The translations under genes were made by a program, and so were the position numbers. Below are positions 21,118 through 32,317 of a stretch of 64,000 bases of DNA, in pieces. Origin of the DNA: an uncultured Methanomicrobiales archaeon (lineage in GTDB: Archaea; Halobacteriota; Methanomicrobia; Methanomicrobiales; Methanospirillaceae); assembly GCA_963758915.1 (NCBI GenBank), contig CAVWXH010000016.1, positions 64,001 to 128,000 of the forward strand. Direction: 5' to 3'. Positions within the stretch are counted from its first letter, which is position 1; each line of letters opens with the position of its first letter. The notes beneath the pieces were generated by a model, which saw only the letters and a program-made list of their open reading frames with translations, ran no database searches and was not told the origin of the DNA.

Positions 21118-22097
21118 GTGAAGAAAACAGCCCCCTTCTGTCGTTCCATTGTTACCTGGTAACCGAACCGCGCAAGGACCGAGCACACGGAACGAGCGTG
21201 GCTGGAACAATCTGTGGCAGTATAGGACCCCCCGTACTGGGCGAGATAGACGAGGAGCTGATCGGCAAGGTGTATATCGATCACTCCCGGGCTTTTCAGT
21301 TCATTCAGCAGTCGCCCGGCTGCAACCTTCCCGACTTTTTCTGCAGGCAACCCTCTCCTGCCTATTGCCGAGGACCCTTTCCAGCCGCAAATCACGGTGA
21401 CCGAACTCCCCGTACCCGGTCCGGGCCTGATATCATGATGGATCTGCACAGCATCCACGGCATCTCCAAGGTATATCCTTGCGGACTCTGCCTGCCTTTC
21501 TGCAACATGGGGTGGAAGGTGTGACGAACATGAGAAAAGTCCGGGTCCCGGTAGTTCCGTTATCGCTGGGTCAATCGGCTCAAGTTCCATAGGTTTTTGG
21601 ACTTCTAACCTTACCCGCCCCCCTCCTTCCGGATAATAACCCCGGTTAATGAGTGTCATTTTCAAATCAGCACCGTGCTGTTCGAGGAAATTTAACTGAA
21701 GGTGCTGGACATAGTCTATTGTCGGGCTGTTTTCTACCTCCGTCCCCCCCGAAATCGTCACGCTTCCCCCTACCCGGAGTGCAACAGGCAGCCATGCCTG
21801 GATCACGAGAGGAATACTCCCTGCAGTTCCAATGTCGATATGGATATCCTCCCGGACGGGATCCCCGGGAATAAATACTACCCGGCTGCTCCCGGGATAA
21901 AGGCCCTCGCAGCGGGCATGGCATATTGTTGCTACAGACTGTATAGCAGCAATATGCTGGGCTCTCAGGCCAGGTCTCTCTCTGCCAGCCCGTATCGTAT
22001 GAATCGTGACAGGGGTCCCGGTGATTGCCGATAGTGTAACGGCAGTACGGACGATCTGACCTCCACCTTCAAGGACTGACCCGTCAATGATTAACAT
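21114..22097 (-). CDS. rtcA: RNA 3'-terminal phosphate cyclase
   Basis: DGSVLEGGGQIVR, PGLRAQH, RGYYPEGGG and HLADQL motifs. Confidence 0.95.
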   Translation of the reverse strand: MLIIDGSVLEGGGQIVRTAVTLSAITGTPVTIHTIRAGRERPGLRAQHIAAIQSVATICHARCEGLYPGSSRVVFIPGDPVREDIHIDIGTAGSIPLVIQAWLPVALRVGGSVTISGGTEVENSPTIDYVQHLQLNFLEQHGADLKMTLINRGYYPEGGGRVRLEVQKPMELEPIDPAITELPGPGLFSCSSHLPPHVAERQAESARIYLGDAVDAVQIHHDIRPGPGTGSSVTVICGWKGSSAIGRRGLPAEKVGKVAAGRLLNELKSPGVIDIHLADQLLVYLAQYGGSYTATDCSSHARSVCSVLARFGYQVTMERQKGAVFFT

Positions 22098-22937
22098 TCC
22101 GATAGTGCCTTCGAAATAATTCCTGCGGCTGATACCTCACTGCATGCTCTCTCGATCGTATCGCTGCAGATTACCGATTTTATACCCGCTGCCGCCAGGT
22201 GGGTATAAGCGCCACCGGTAAAGACCCCGTGGACGCAGGCCGCATGAACACTGTTTGCCCCCTGTTCATATAACATCCCTGCAGCGGCAGCAATAGTCCC
22301 GCCCGTGGAGATAATATCATCTACGATTACCACATCCCTTCCGGCAGTCCGGAGGTTCTTCGGGTCCATCCGAACCACCTCTCCGGATATCCGGGTTTTC
22401 TCAAGATGGTCAAATTCCCAGTTCCCTGATTGTGCGATTTGTTCAGCGAAATAACGAGCCCCGTCATCGGGTGCAAGGATTATGGGATTTGAAAAGTCTG
22501 ATTTGAGGTATATACCGATATCGTTCCCCAGTGAGACATTGACGGTTGGGAGCCCGAAATGCCTGAGTACATCTTCATCATGGACATTCACCGTGTAGAT
22601 GCAGCTGACACAATTCAGCTACTGCCCTGGCTATTGCTCGGGCACTTAACGGCTCACCGGGATGGAATTGTTTGTCCTGCCTGGCATACCCCATGTAAGG
22701 AATTACGAGCCGGCTCTCCGATTCGCTGCAAGCATCGATGAGAAGCAGAAGCTGGACAAGTGCATCGCTCCCGGTTACCGACCCCACGATGACCAGTTCA
22801 TCATCAAGGGCTCCCGTTTTCAGATATAATTCACCGTCTGGAAATTTCGAGAACTTTACGTCCACAAGGCCCACACCAAGCCGTTGTGAGATTCTTGCAC
22901 CAAGAATCTGCGAATACTCCGTACTGATAACCTTCAT
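22091..22937 (-). pseudogene. prs: Ribose-phosphate pyrophosphokinase, split by a +1 frameshift near 22612 (probably a sequence error)
   Basis: FPDGE and PYMGYARQD in the first ORF; APDDGA, VDDIISTGGT and CVHGVF in the second. Confidence 0.9.
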
Positions 22938-23023
22938 CCCATGCTACCTCATGCTGAAAGTACTTAAACTAGCATGAAATAATTATACCAGTACTTACGC
23001 GTGAGAAAGAGGTAAATCTGACG

Positions 23024-24940
23024 ATGGAAACCACAAATATCGAGGCAGAGACGCAAGAGAGCATCCCTGCCGGAGAGCAGAAGACAGAGTTATCCTCACA
23101 GGTGGAAGTGCCTGCCAAGCTGATTGACCAGGTGATTGGCCAGGAACACGCGGTTGAGGTCATCAAAAAGGCTGCGATACAGAGGCGGCACGTAATGATG
23201 ATCGGGAGCCCCGGGACCGGGAAGTCAATGCTTGCCAAGGCCATGGCGGAACTCCTCCCGAAGGAAGAACTCCAGGATATCCTCGTCTATCCTAATTCTG
23301 ACGACAATAACAACCCTGTAATCAGGACCGTCCCGGCAAGCAGGGGCAAGCAGATTGTTACCGCCCACAAGGCCGAGGCACGCAAGAAGACCCAGTTCCG
23401 CAACACCCTTATGCTGCTCCTGATGATCGGGATAGTCGGCTATGCTTTCATTACCTTCCAGTGGCTTATGGGGATCATTGCAGCAGCATTTGTATTTATG
23501 GCGCTCCGGTATGCCACGCCAAGAGAAGAGGCAATGGTACCAAAACTCCTCGTTTCAAATGATGTGAATGCTGTTGCCCCTTTTGTTGATGCCACGGGTT
23601 CGCATGCAGGTGCGTTACTGGGAGATGTGCGGCATGACCCGTTCCAGAGTGGTGGTCTTGAGACCCCGTCACATGACCGGGTTGAAGCTGGTGCTATTCA
23701 CAGGGCCCATGAAGGCGTGCTTTTCATTGATGAGATCAATACACTGGGCCCGCATTCACAGCAGAACCTGCTCACGGCACTGCAGGAAGGGGAATTCCCT
23801 ATAACCGGGCAGAGTGAACGGTCAAGTGGGGCCATGGTCAGGACAGAACCGGTACCGTGCAAATTTGTCATGGTTGCGGCTGGTAACCTTGATGCAATTC
23901 AGGGGATGCACCCGGCCCTGAGGTCAAGGATACGGGGGTACGGGTATGAAGTCTACATGAGCGAGAGCATGCCTGATACGCCGGAAAACCGGGAAAAATA
24001 CATCAAGTTCATCGCCCAGGAAATCAAGAACGACGGAAAGATCCCGCATTTTGACCGGTCTGCCATAGATGAGATCATACGGGAGGCCAGGAGAAGATCG
24101 AGCCGGAAGGGTCACCTCACCCTGAAACTTCGTGACATGGGTGGCCTGATCCGTGTTGCAGGCGACCTTGCAAGGCAGGAAGGAGTGGAGATTACCACCG
24201 CTGAACATGTTATTGCAGGAAAATCCGTGGCCAGGTCGATTGAGGACCAGGTATCAGATGAATATATCAAGCGCAACCGGGAGTATGAACTCACCGTTAT
24301 TGAGGGTACGCGGATCGGACGTGTGAACGGACTCGCGGTCATGGGTAGTGATTCAGGGTCTGTCCTTCCCATCATGGCAGAAGTCACCCCGGCCCAGGGG
24401 GCAAGCGGGACTGTCATCGCCACGGGGATGCTTAAGGAGATTGCACAGGAATCAATAAAGAACGTGAGCGCTGTCCTGAAGAAGTTTACAGGAAAGGATA
24501 TCAAGAACATGGACGTCCATATCCAGTTTATCGGCACATATGGCGGCGTTGAAGGAGATTCTGCGTCTGTAAGCGTAGCAACTGCAGTAATCAGTGCGAT
24601 TGAAGGAATTCCGGTACGCCAGGACGTCGGGATGACGGGGTCCCTTTCTGTCCGGGGGGATGTGCTCCCGGTAGGCGGGGTAACCTTCAAGATTGAGGCT
24701 GCAGCCAAGGCGGGACTTAAGATGGTGCTGATCCCCCGGTCAAACGTGGATGATGTATTGATCGAAGAGCGGTTCAAATCAATTGTTGAAGTAATCGCAG
24801 TAGACCATATCGAGGATGTTTTAAAATATGCCCTCGTCCCTGAGAACAATGAGGGATTCCTTGCCAAGCTGAAGAAGATGGCAGCAGCCACGTCTAACAA
24901 GGTCCTTGAAACAACACCTGTTTCCCCTACACTGGTATGA
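23024..24940 (+). CDS. lonB: Archaeal membrane-anchored ATP-dependent protease LonB
   Basis: GSPGTGKS Walker A, two TM helices within the AAA domain, EGDSAS catalytic Ser and KIEAA Lys. Confidence 0.97.
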   Translation: METTNIEAETQESIPAGEQKTELSSQVEVPAKLIDQVIGQEHAVEVIKKAAIQRRHVMMIGSPGTGKSMLAKAMAELLPKEELQDILVYPNSDDNNNPVIRTVPASRGKQIVTAHKAEARKKTQFRNTLMLLLMIGIVGYAFITFQWLMGIIAAAFVFMALRYATPREEAMVPKLLVSNDVNAVAPFVDATGSHAGALLGDVRHDPFQSGGLETPSHDRVEAGAIHRAHEGVLFIDEINTLGPHSQQNLLTALQEGEFPITGQSERSSGAMVRTEPVPCKFVMVAAGNLDAIQGMHPALRSRIRGYGYEVYMSESMPDTPENREKYIKFIAQEIKNDGKIPHFDRSAIDEIIREARRRSSRKGHLTLKLRDMGGLIRVAGDLARQEGVEITTAEHVIAGKSVARSIEDQVSDEYIKRNREYELTVIEGTRIGRVNGLAVMGSDSGSVLPIMAEVTPAQGASGTVIATGMLKEIAQESIKNVSAVLKKFTGKDIKNMDVHIQFIGTYGGVEGDSASVSVATAVISAIEGIPVRQDVGMTGSLSVRGDVLPVGGVTFKIEAAAKAGLKMVLIPRSNVDDVLIEERFKSIVEVIAVDHIEDVLKYALVPENNEGFLAKLKKMAAATSNKVLETTPVSPTLV

Positions 24941-26277
24941 ATATGGGCAGGGACATCAGGTATTACGATGTCAGGCATGTGACAGGCCAGACAACCCATA
25001 TTGATATCGACAACTCGGTTATAGAATCGGCCGGTACTTCTTTTTTCAGCACTGCCGTGATCCGGGTGCTGGGACCTTCAGGCTGGGGAATATTGACCAT
25101 CGATAATTATTCATCCCCGAAAGGAAGAGAATTTGAGTCTCTACTTTCGAATGCGGCGTCTCTCGCACATATCACAACCGAACCTGTGACCCTTGCAGAT
25201 GCCCCCCATGGTGCACTTGTTGTACCCCCGATGAAAGAAGACCCGCGTGATGTGAGCCTTGAGGAAAAAACCGGGGTACTCGGGGAGATTGAATCCTCAG
25301 CCCGGCTCCCTGGTATCGTTAATACACGTGCCACGTATATCGAACGTGCCGAGCAGGTCCACTTTATCGACAGCAGTGCGAATGAATATTCGTTCGGGAT
25401 ATGCCGGTCGGGATTCAACATCATGGCGGTGGCCTCAAGGGAAGGCAATGTACAGATGGGGTATGAACGCCTGCATTCGATCCATGGACTGAATCTCCGT
25501 CACCAGCAGGAGATGGGGAGGTTAGCCGGGGAACGGGCGCTGTCACTCATCGATGCGAAGGCAGCCACCGGTGGTACAATGGATGCGATTCTTGACCCCG
25601 AACTCGCGGGGGTTTTTGCCCATGAGGCAGTCGGGCATGCAAGCGAGGGGGACCTTGTCCATGAAGGGAATTCAGTCCTGTCCGGAAAGATCGGCGAACG
25701 GATAGGGAGCAGTCTCATCACAATTGTAGATGACCCGTCTCTCCATGAGTTCGGCTTTGACCCGGTTGATGCAGAAGGGGTCAGGGTAGGGAGGACAACA
25801 ATTATTGACCGTGGGATTGTCAGGGCCTACCTGCATAACAGGGAAACCCTTGCATCGGTCGGAAACGGGGTCGCGGGCCATGCCAGGGCAAGCCCTGGTG
25901 AGGCCCCTCTTGTGCGGATGTCCAACACATTTATCGAGGAAGGAGATGCGGGCCTTGATGAAATGCTTGAAGGGATCAGCACCGGGATAATCCTCTATGG
26001 TTCCCGGGGTGGGCAGGTAGACCCGGGAAGAGGCGTATTCCAGTTCAACGCCGAATACGGCTATGTAATTGAGAAAGGGGAGAGAAAAGCGATGGTAAGG
26101 GATGTATCCCTTTCCGGGGAGATCCTATCCACCCTCCATTCGATTGAAATGTGCGGGAAAGAGCGGAAAATGTCACAGGGATATTGTGGCAAAGGTGGCC
26201 AGAGTGTCCCTGTGAGTGATGGGGCGCCTTATATAATGCTCCGGAATGCGGTGGTGGGTGGCAGTGGCACAGAATGA
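24937..26277 (+). CDS. tldD: TldD-family metalloprotease
   Basis: HEAVGH, RMSNT and [13 protein letters not shown] motifs. Confidence 0.93.
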   Translation: MNMGRDIRYYDVRHVTGQTTHIDIDNSVIESAGTSFFSTAVIRVLGPSGWGILTIDNYSSPKGREFESLLSNAASLAHITTEPVTLADAPHGALVVPPMKEDPRDVSLEEKTGVLGEIESSARLPGIVNTRATYIERAEQVHFIDSSANEYSFGICRSGFNIMAVASREGNVQMGYERLHSIHGLNLRHQQEMGRLAGERALSLIDAKAATGGTMDAILDPELAGVFAHEAVGHASEGDLVHEGNSVLSGKIGERIGSSLITIVDDPSLHEFGFDPVDAEGVRVGRTTIIDRGIVRAYLHNRETLASVGNGVAGHARASPGEAPLVRMSNTFIEEGDAGLDEMLEGISTGIILYGSRGGQVDPGRGVFQFNAEYGYVIEKGERKAMVRDVSLSGEILSTLHSIEMCGKERKMSQGYCGKGGQSVPVSDGAPYIMLRNAVVGGSGTE

Positions 26278-27583
26278 GATCCTGATACCAGGTGACATTG
26301 CCGGTCTGATCGACACAATTATCAGGAACGGTGAGGCCCTTGTCGAAGAAGTAGAGGTCTATATAGCCGGGGGCGAGTCGGTATCTGCCGAATTAACAAA
26401 GACTAACATTGGAATTGCGACAGGTTCCAAGTCTTTAGGCCTTGGTATCCGCACGATTGACCATGGGCGGATCGGGTCATCAGGGACCAGCGATCCCGCG
26501 GCATGGAGAAAATGTCTTGATGCAGCAGTCTCCAGCGGGACCCTTGCCACCCCGCAGGAATGGGGCGGGCTCCCCCTGCCTTCCGTCCAGGAACGGCCAT
26601 TCCTGTCATTTGACCCGGAAGTGCGGGTCGAGGCCGGAATTGTCGAGAAGGCCATTTATAGCATGCTGAACGGTGCAGAGGAATTCCCGGTAAACGTAAC
26701 GTCCGGCTCTGCTGATATTTCAACGGGTTATCTCACGCTTGCCAATTCACACGGGGTACGGTATTCCACAAAAAAATCCATGGTTTCTGTCTCCCTCGAA
26801 GCAATCAGCGATCAGTCGACGGGGTACGAGTTTGACCAGTCTGTGACGAGGTCGGTCGATCCGGAGAATGTCGGGAGGATGGCAGCATTTTTTGCACATC
26901 ATGGCAGGTCTGGTGAGGGACTGCCGACCGGAGACTATTCCCTGGTCCTCTCACCCATGGCATTAGCCCAGTTGCTTGGAAACGTGTTTGTCCCGGCTGT
27001 GAACGGACGGAGTGTCCATGCAGGCCGGTCTAAACTGGCCAAATCCATCGGTGAAGTAGTGGCGGATACCCGCATCTCGATATATGATGACCCGTTCCGG
27101 AGCCATGGGCCGGGTAGCACCTGTTGGGATGCGGAGGGTGTCCCGACAAGGCGCATTGATATTGTTCGGGATGGTGTCCTTACTGAATTCCTGTACGACC
27201 TGAAGACCGGCTACCGGTATGGAAAGAATAGTACCGGAAGTGCATTACGCTCGGGATACGGGGGGTTGCCAGGGATTGGTTACCATAACCTTGTATTTGA
27301 CGGTCCACGCACCGACACCAGGGATGAACCTGCGATTTATGTGCATGATGTTGTCGGGGCCCATACTGCCAATCCCATGAGCGGGGATTTTTCCGTCGAG
27401 ATCTCCAACCCCTCATGGATCGAAAACGGTGAGTTTGGAAACCCTGTACGAAAAGCCATGTATGCAGGAAACGTATTCGATCTGCTAAAAGAGATTGAGG
27501 GAATAGCCCATGGGGAACGGGTTATTGGTGCCATGGTCCTGCCTGAAATCAGGTTGTCAGGGCAGCGTATTATCGGAATTTAA
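26264..27583 (+). CDS. pmbA: TldE/PmbA-family protein
   Basis: DAEGVP and GAHTANPMSGDFS; lacks HExxxH; GTG start chosen after a GGTGG RBS. Confidence 0.9.
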   Translation: MAQNEILIPGDIAGLIDTIIRNGEALVEEVEVYIAGGESVSAELTKTNIGIATGSKSLGLGIRTIDHGRIGSSGTSDPAAWRKCLDAAVSSGTLATPQEWGGLPLPSVQERPFLSFDPEVRVEAGIVEKAIYSMLNGAEEFPVNVTSGSADISTGYLTLANSHGVRYSTKKSMVSVSLEAISDQSTGYEFDQSVTRSVDPENVGRMAAFFAHHGRSGEGLPTGDYSLVLSPMALAQLLGNVFVPAVNGRSVHAGRSKLAKSIGEVVADTRISIYDDPFRSHGPGSTCWDAEGVPTRRIDIVRDGVLTEFLYDLKTGYRYGKNSTGSALRSGYGGLPGIGYHNLVFDGPRTDTRDEPAIYVHDVVGAHTANPMSGDFSVEISNPSWIENGEFGNPVRKAMYAGNVFDLLKEIEGIAHGERVIGAMVLPEIRLSGQRIIGI

Positions 27584-27779
27584 TCTTCTATGTCTGGAAG
27601 AATTTTTCTGACATGTGAACCTGCCTTACTGGAACTTATCCGATCGGAAAAAAATCTAAAAAAATCGGGGTCCATCAGGGTAATATCGTGAATAATTACG
27701 AAAAAATTACTCCCCAAAAGCCTGAAAATAAAACGATATACCGAAAATACTTTATGATATGCCGTTTTTTTAATATTTA

Positions 27780-28058
27780 ATGACAGATGTGCCTCTTTCC
27801 AGCTACACATTTCTCATAACGATCCTCATTGTGGCGATACTGGTAGGATTTTTTATCATTAAAAATCTCATGAAACTGGTTATTAATTCGATTCTTGGCC
27901 TGTTGTTACTTTTTTTTGTGAACTACTTTCACGTGCTCGGGGCTGTTGGAAAACCAGACATACCCATTACCCCCCTGACATTCCTTATCTGCCTGTTCGG
28001 GGGAATACCTGGTGCACTCCTCCTTATACTGCTGCAGTTGGCGGGCTTCCCCCTGTAA
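27780..28058 (+). CDS. BofA-family small membrane protein
   Basis: KLVINSILGLLLL..IPITPLT..GGIPG pattern; three TM segments. Confidence 0.7.
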   Translation: MTDVPLSSYTFLITILIVAILVGFFIIKNLMKLVINSILGLLLLFFVNYFHVLGAVGKPDIPITPLTFLICLFGGIPGALLLILLQLAGFPL

Positions 28059-28328
28059 TTGTTACAAATTTAATTCGTACTCATCGTGCCCCTATCAGAA
28101 CACAGGGAAATCACAACATTTTAGCCGGAACATTATCTTTTCAAAACAGTATTTTTCCGGATTTCTGACGTCAACTGCAGTTTAAACAGTTAAATTAAAA
28201 TTCTATTGGATTATATTTCGTAAACCTGGATATTCCTGATTTTTATGGTCACCGATTGTGAAAATACAAGGGATAAAGAATAAGAATAAATACTTCAGGT
28301 GATGAAGGACTGAACAGGTGATAGAGAT

Positions 28329-28481
28329 ATGTGCAGTGTCGGCGGCCCGATGGATGTAGAGTTTACAGAACGGATCAAGGGAAAGGATTACCGTTGCAGG
28401 GATTGTGGCGAGCGTTTCAAAGGAATTGGGAAAAAACCAATCTGTCCTTCATGCCAGTCAGATAATGTCGAAGAAGCATAA
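28329..28481 (+). CDS. Small zinc-ribbon protein (50 aa), absent from the ORF track
   Basis: MCSVGGPMDVEFTERIKGKDYRCRDCGERFKGIGKKPICPSCQSDNVEEA; RBS AGGTGA upstream. Confidence 0.8.
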   Translation: MCSVGGPMDVEFTERIKGKDYRCRDCGERFKGIGKKPICPSCQSDNVEEA

Positions 28482-28956
28482 CCTTGGATCAGGAAACGAG
28501 TACCTTCTCATCCAGGGTGACTATTCTTTTCTTCTCATAGGGAAAGCCGGAACTCTGCGTTGCATCTGTATCGAGACAACAGACAATGAGTACTGCCAGG
28601 GATTGTCACCTGATGATCTCATTGTCGTATCTGCTCCGGAAGGTGGTCCGGTTGAGCCGGCCATCATGCTCCTCGAACTGGTAAGGACGTACAAATGTCC
28701 GCTGATGGTGTTACCAAAAGGGCATCCCGGGTCAAAACGGCTTAGGTACGTGATTTCTGCCGGTGACCGCATAAGGCTCAGTTGTTCAATTGAGCGCGGT
28801 ACTCATCCGGAGCAGGACGTACTCTGCGCCAATGGGGAATTTCTGGAATTGGTGCTTACGGCGGTGAATGGCGGGGTCGACATAGAAGGTCCTGAAAATG
28901 ACTACCCTGTTTCTCTAATCAACTATTCTCTTCCCCCTGTCCCGAAACAGACCTGA
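28465..28956 (+). CDS. Hypothetical protein
   Basis: Open frame with plausible composition; ATG 28465 overlaps the end of the zinc-ribbon gene. Confidence 0.6.
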   Translation: MSKKHNLGSGNEYLLIQGDYSFLLIGKAGTLRCICIETTDNEYCQGLSPDDLIVVSAPEGGPVEPAIMLLELVRTYKCPLMVLPKGHPGSKRLRYVISAGDRIRLSCSIERGTHPEQDVLCANGEFLELVLTAVNGGVDIEGPENDYPVSLINYSLPPVPKQT

Positions 28957-29164
28957 AAATGCGTCCCGTTTCGTATGGGACTAATTTCATACATGGGATA
29001 AGAGAAAAAAATGTATAAATACCGGCAATTTTTTTGAATTACCCCTGATAATGGGGATTTTAACTCTGAATGCCTGATTCCCTCTCCGTTTCTGATGAAA
29101 TAAATAACAACACATTTAAGAGTGTTTTTCCTAAAATGTAGTAGTATCATGAGAGGAGGGTTGG

Positions 29165-29494
29165 ATGAAGACTGAGGTCTTGAAAGACATCAAAGCTGCA
29201 GAAGAAGAGTATGGAACAACGATACGTAATGCAGAGGTGGACAGGAAAAAAAGTCTTGCCAATGCAGAGCTTGAAGCGGGTAACCTGATTATCAAGGCAA
29301 ACAACACCGCTGAAGAGTACAGGAAGAAACGCATGGCGGATGCCAGGACACATGCCGCAGAAGCCCATGCCCGGATCATCAGGGAGGGTGAACAAGGTGC
29401 GGTTGCACTGCGGGACCAGGGCAAAAGAAACCTTGAACGGGCAGTAGCATTGCTGGTAACCCGGTTCAGGGAGCAGCTGCATGTTCAAGCCTAG
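29165..29494 (+). CDS. ahaH: A1Ao ATP synthase subunit H
   Basis: First gene of the operon; coiled coil EVLKDIKAAEEE; RBS GAGGAGG. Confidence 0.88.
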   Translation: MKTEVLKDIKAAEEEYGTTIRNAEVDRKKSLANAELEAGNLIIKANNTAEEYRKKRMADARTHAAEAHARIIREGEQGAVALRDQGKRNLERAVALLVTRFREQLHVQA

Positions 29495-31448
29495 GCAGAT
29501 GAGCCGCCTGTTTATTGCGGCCTCCAAGGACCAGATGGAGCCGGTTATCCAGGAGCTGTACCGCCACGGTGTGTTTCATATCGAAGAGTTTACAGACCAG
29601 GCTAAAAAGGAATATGAAGGGTTTAAGATTGGAATGCCCCTTGCAGGTGCAAGTGAGGCATCAAGCGATCTCCTGATCATCCGGTCCCTCACCGCAGCGT
29701 ACATGGTGAAAGCTGATGATGAGGGACCTGGTACCAGGCGACGGACTTCTGAGATCAGGTCCCTGATTGAGCGGGACCTTCCTGTTATCGAGAAAGAAAC
29801 CGAAGGTCTTACCACGATGCGTTCGAGGTTAGAAACTGAAGGGAAGGACCTTGAACAGAAGATTGCGGCCCTGAAACCTTTTGCGGGAATACCGGTTGAC
29901 CTTGAACTTTTACGTGGTTACGAGTCTCTTGCCGTATTCGCCGGATCGGTTGTCCATGATGTAGCCCTTGAAATTCCACATGAACGTTTCTATTCCCCTT
30001 CCAAAGCAGGGAATTTTATTGTTGTTATAGTACCGGTTGAAAACCGCTCACAAGTGGAAAAAGTTCTCAATGATGCGATGTTCCAGCAGGTCCAGATACC
30101 TGATGAAACGGGTCCTGCATCGGTAGCAATTAGTTCATACCAGGTGCAGATTATTTCAGTAACGGAACAGATTGCAGCAAATACTGCAAAATTAGAGGAG
30201 AACAGGAAAAAATATGCAGGGTTCCTGCTTGCCTGTGATGAGCTCCTCACAACAGATGTTTCAAAAACCGAAGCCCCGCTCCGGTTCGCGACAACAGACC
30301 AGTCGTTCGTTGCAGAAGGTTGGGTACCAGTTGACGAAGTCGCGGGCCTGACAGAGGCAATTAACCGGGTTACCAAAGAAAAATGTTACATAACTGAACT
30401 CCCGGTTGATTTCGAGCACGATGCCATTCCGATGGAGTACGATAATCCATCGTTCTCCCGCCCGTCCCAGCTGATTATGGACACCTATTCGAGGCCGAGG
30501 TACGCGGAGATTGATCCGACACTGATTATTGCCTTCGTATTTCCGCTATTCTTTGGTTTAATCCTTGGAGATGTCGGATACGGACTGTTGCTGTTAGTGT
30601 TAAGCCTCGTGTTGCGTCGTTATATCAAGAGTGGGGACGGTGCGCAACTGGTGAACCTACTCACGATTTTTGCAATTTCAACGATTGCATTCGGAATTTT
30701 GTATTCAGAACTTCTCGGGTTCAAATTACCGTGGGAACCCCTGATGTTCTCGCGACACATGAATATCGGGACCTCACATGGTGAAGGGGCCGCAATACCC
30801 GAACTGATGGTAATGTCGATCTGGATTGGAATCCTGTACATCACACTTGGAAGGTTACTTGGCATAATCAACCATGCCAGGATGGACCATGGTTCCCACC
30901 GGATGAAAGCCGTGCTTGCAAACGTAGGCTGGATTTTCGTTATGTGGGGCCTCCTGTTCATGATCTGGTCGGTCTTCCCAATTCCGTATATGCCGGATTT
31001 AACTATGTTCCCCCCCATTGTTGCAGGGCTTAACATTGCCGCATTAACCGGTGCTGTGATGCTTGTGCTCGGTATCGTATTCATTGCACGGGACAACCCG
31101 CATGAAATTGTCGAGATACCAACTATCATCAGTCATATCCTATCATTTGCCCGTCTTGTGGCAGTAGGTCTCTCTTCAGTAGCAATTGCGATGGTAGTCA
31201 ATCTGATTGCTATCGGAATGATCATTGAACCACAGCTCAGGAACTTCACCCCGGTGAGTATTATCATTATTCTCGTTGGTGTGCTCGTCTTTATTGTCGG
31301 CCACCTTGGTAACGGAGTGCTTGGGCTTATTGGTGGAGGGCTTCAGTCCCTCAGGTTACAGTATGTCGAATTCTTCACCAAGTTCTACAAAGGTGGAGGC
31401 GTAAAATACAATCCATTTGGAATGATTAGAAGATTTACGGAGGATTAA
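29481..31448 (+). CDS. ahaI: A1Ao ATP synthase subunit I (a)
   Basis: EIDPT, GDVGYG, SFARL and LRLQYVEFFTKFY motifs. Confidence 0.96.
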   Translation: MFKPRQMSRLFIAASKDQMEPVIQELYRHGVFHIEEFTDQAKKEYEGFKIGMPLAGASEASSDLLIIRSLTAAYMVKADDEGPGTRRRTSEIRSLIERDLPVIEKETEGLTTMRSRLETEGKDLEQKIAALKPFAGIPVDLELLRGYESLAVFAGSVVHDVALEIPHERFYSPSKAGNFIVVIVPVENRSQVEKVLNDAMFQQVQIPDETGPASVAISSYQVQIISVTEQIAANTAKLEENRKKYAGFLLACDELLTTDVSKTEAPLRFATTDQSFVAEGWVPVDEVAGLTEAINRVTKEKCYITELPVDFEHDAIPMEYDNPSFSRPSQLIMDTYSRPRYAEIDPTLIIAFVFPLFFGLILGDVGYGLLLLVLSLVLRRYIKSGDGAQLVNLLTIFAISTIAFGILYSELLGFKLPWEPLMFSRHMNIGTSHGEGAAIPELMVMSIWIGILYITLGRLLGIINHARMDHGSHRMKAVLANVGWIFVMWGLLFMIWSVFPIPYMPDLTMFPPIVAGLNIAALTGAVMLVLGIVFIARDNPHEIVEIPTIISHILSFARLVAVGLSSVAIAMVVNLIAIGMIIEPQLRNFTPVSIIIILVGVLVFIVGHLGNGVLGLIGGGLQSLRLQYVEFFTKFYKGGGVKYNPFGMIRRFTED

Positions 31449-31450
31449 TT

Positions 31451-31711
31451 ATGGCAGCAGAAGTTGTAGCAGCAATTACAGACATTGAACTCATGAAAGC
31501 ATCGCAGATTGGACTTAAGGCAATAGGCGCAGGACTCGCAGTTGGTCTCACCGGACTTGGCACAGGAGTTGCCGAGATGGCAATTGGTCCTGCAGCCGTT
31601 GGCGCCACAGCAGAAAACAAGGACATATTTGGTCTTGCCCTGCTGTTTACTGTCATCCCGGAAACAATTGTTATCTTCGGGCTCGTGGTCGCACTCCTGC
31701 TGTTATTCTAA
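31451..31711 (+). CDS. ahaK: A1Ao ATP synthase subunit K (c, single hairpin)
   Basis: Two TM helices with IPETIVIFG ion-binding Glu. Confidence 0.95.
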   Translation: MAAEVVAAITDIELMKASQIGLKAIGAGLAVGLTGLGTGVAEMAIGPAAVGATAENKDIFGLALLFTVIPETIVIFGLVVALLLLF

Positions 31712-31724
31712 ACCGGAGCAGATC

Positions 31725-32303
31725 ATGGGACTGGAAGCAGTCGTCGGAGAGATCAGGGCTAAAGGGCAGAAAGAAGCGGCAGCAATCCGCGAGCAGACCC
31801 GGAAAGATGTAGAATACATCCTGTCCGGAAGCCAGGAAAAGGCATCGAAGATCAAGCTCGCTGCAGAAGAATCTATCGAAAAGCAGGTAAGGCATATCGA
31901 GAGCCAGGAAGTCTCTGCCGCAAACCTACTGGTGAAGAGGAATCTTCTTAATACCCAGAAGGCACTGCTCGACGAAACATACCAAGATGCCCTCGAATCC
32001 CTTAATAAGCTGCCTGATAGTTTCCATAGGGATGCAATCAGGGCACTTCTTTCAGACGCAACACAACAGATCTCCAAAGGGATTGTACACTGCAATGCAC
32101 GTGATATGCCGGCCCTTAAGGAGATAATCGCACAAAAAGGAGAATTTTCGGGGTATTCCCCTGGGAATGTGAAGGATATTGAAGGAGGGGTCATAATCGA
32201 GAGTAACGACAGTACCCTGCAAATCGATATGAGTTACCGCACATTCCTGGACAGTGTATGGGAAAAAGGGCTTAAGGATGCCTCGGATATCCTGTTCAGG
32301 TAA
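31725..32303 (+). CDS. ahaE: A1Ao ATP synthase subunit E
   Basis: MGLEAVVGEI.. start at 31725; IEGGVIIES motif. Confidence 0.93.
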   Translation: MGLEAVVGEIRAKGQKEAAAIREQTRKDVEYILSGSQEKASKIKLAAEESIEKQVRHIESQEVSAANLLVKRNLLNTQKALLDETYQDALESLNKLPDSFHRDAIRALLSDATQQISKGIVHCNARDMPALKEIIAQKGEFSGYSPGNVKDIEGGVIIESNDSTLQIDMSYRTFLDSVWEKGLKDASDILFR

Positions 32304-32317
32304 GGAGGTAGTAAAAC

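Noticed and set aside
28299-28315. C/D-box-like GTGATGA..CTGA
   Set aside because: Only 4 nt separate the boxes and there are no guide regions. GGTGA is also the common RBS motif here.
31451-31711. Unusual c-subunit architecture
   Set aside because: A single hairpin with PET is the normal form in Methanomicrobia.
31542-31724. N-terminal extensions in ORF-track calls (ahaE, nob1, redoxin, MesB-like, cooC, 28405 ORF)
   Set aside because: They overlap upstream genes or precede the RBS; downstream starts with an RBS or stop/start overlap fit better.
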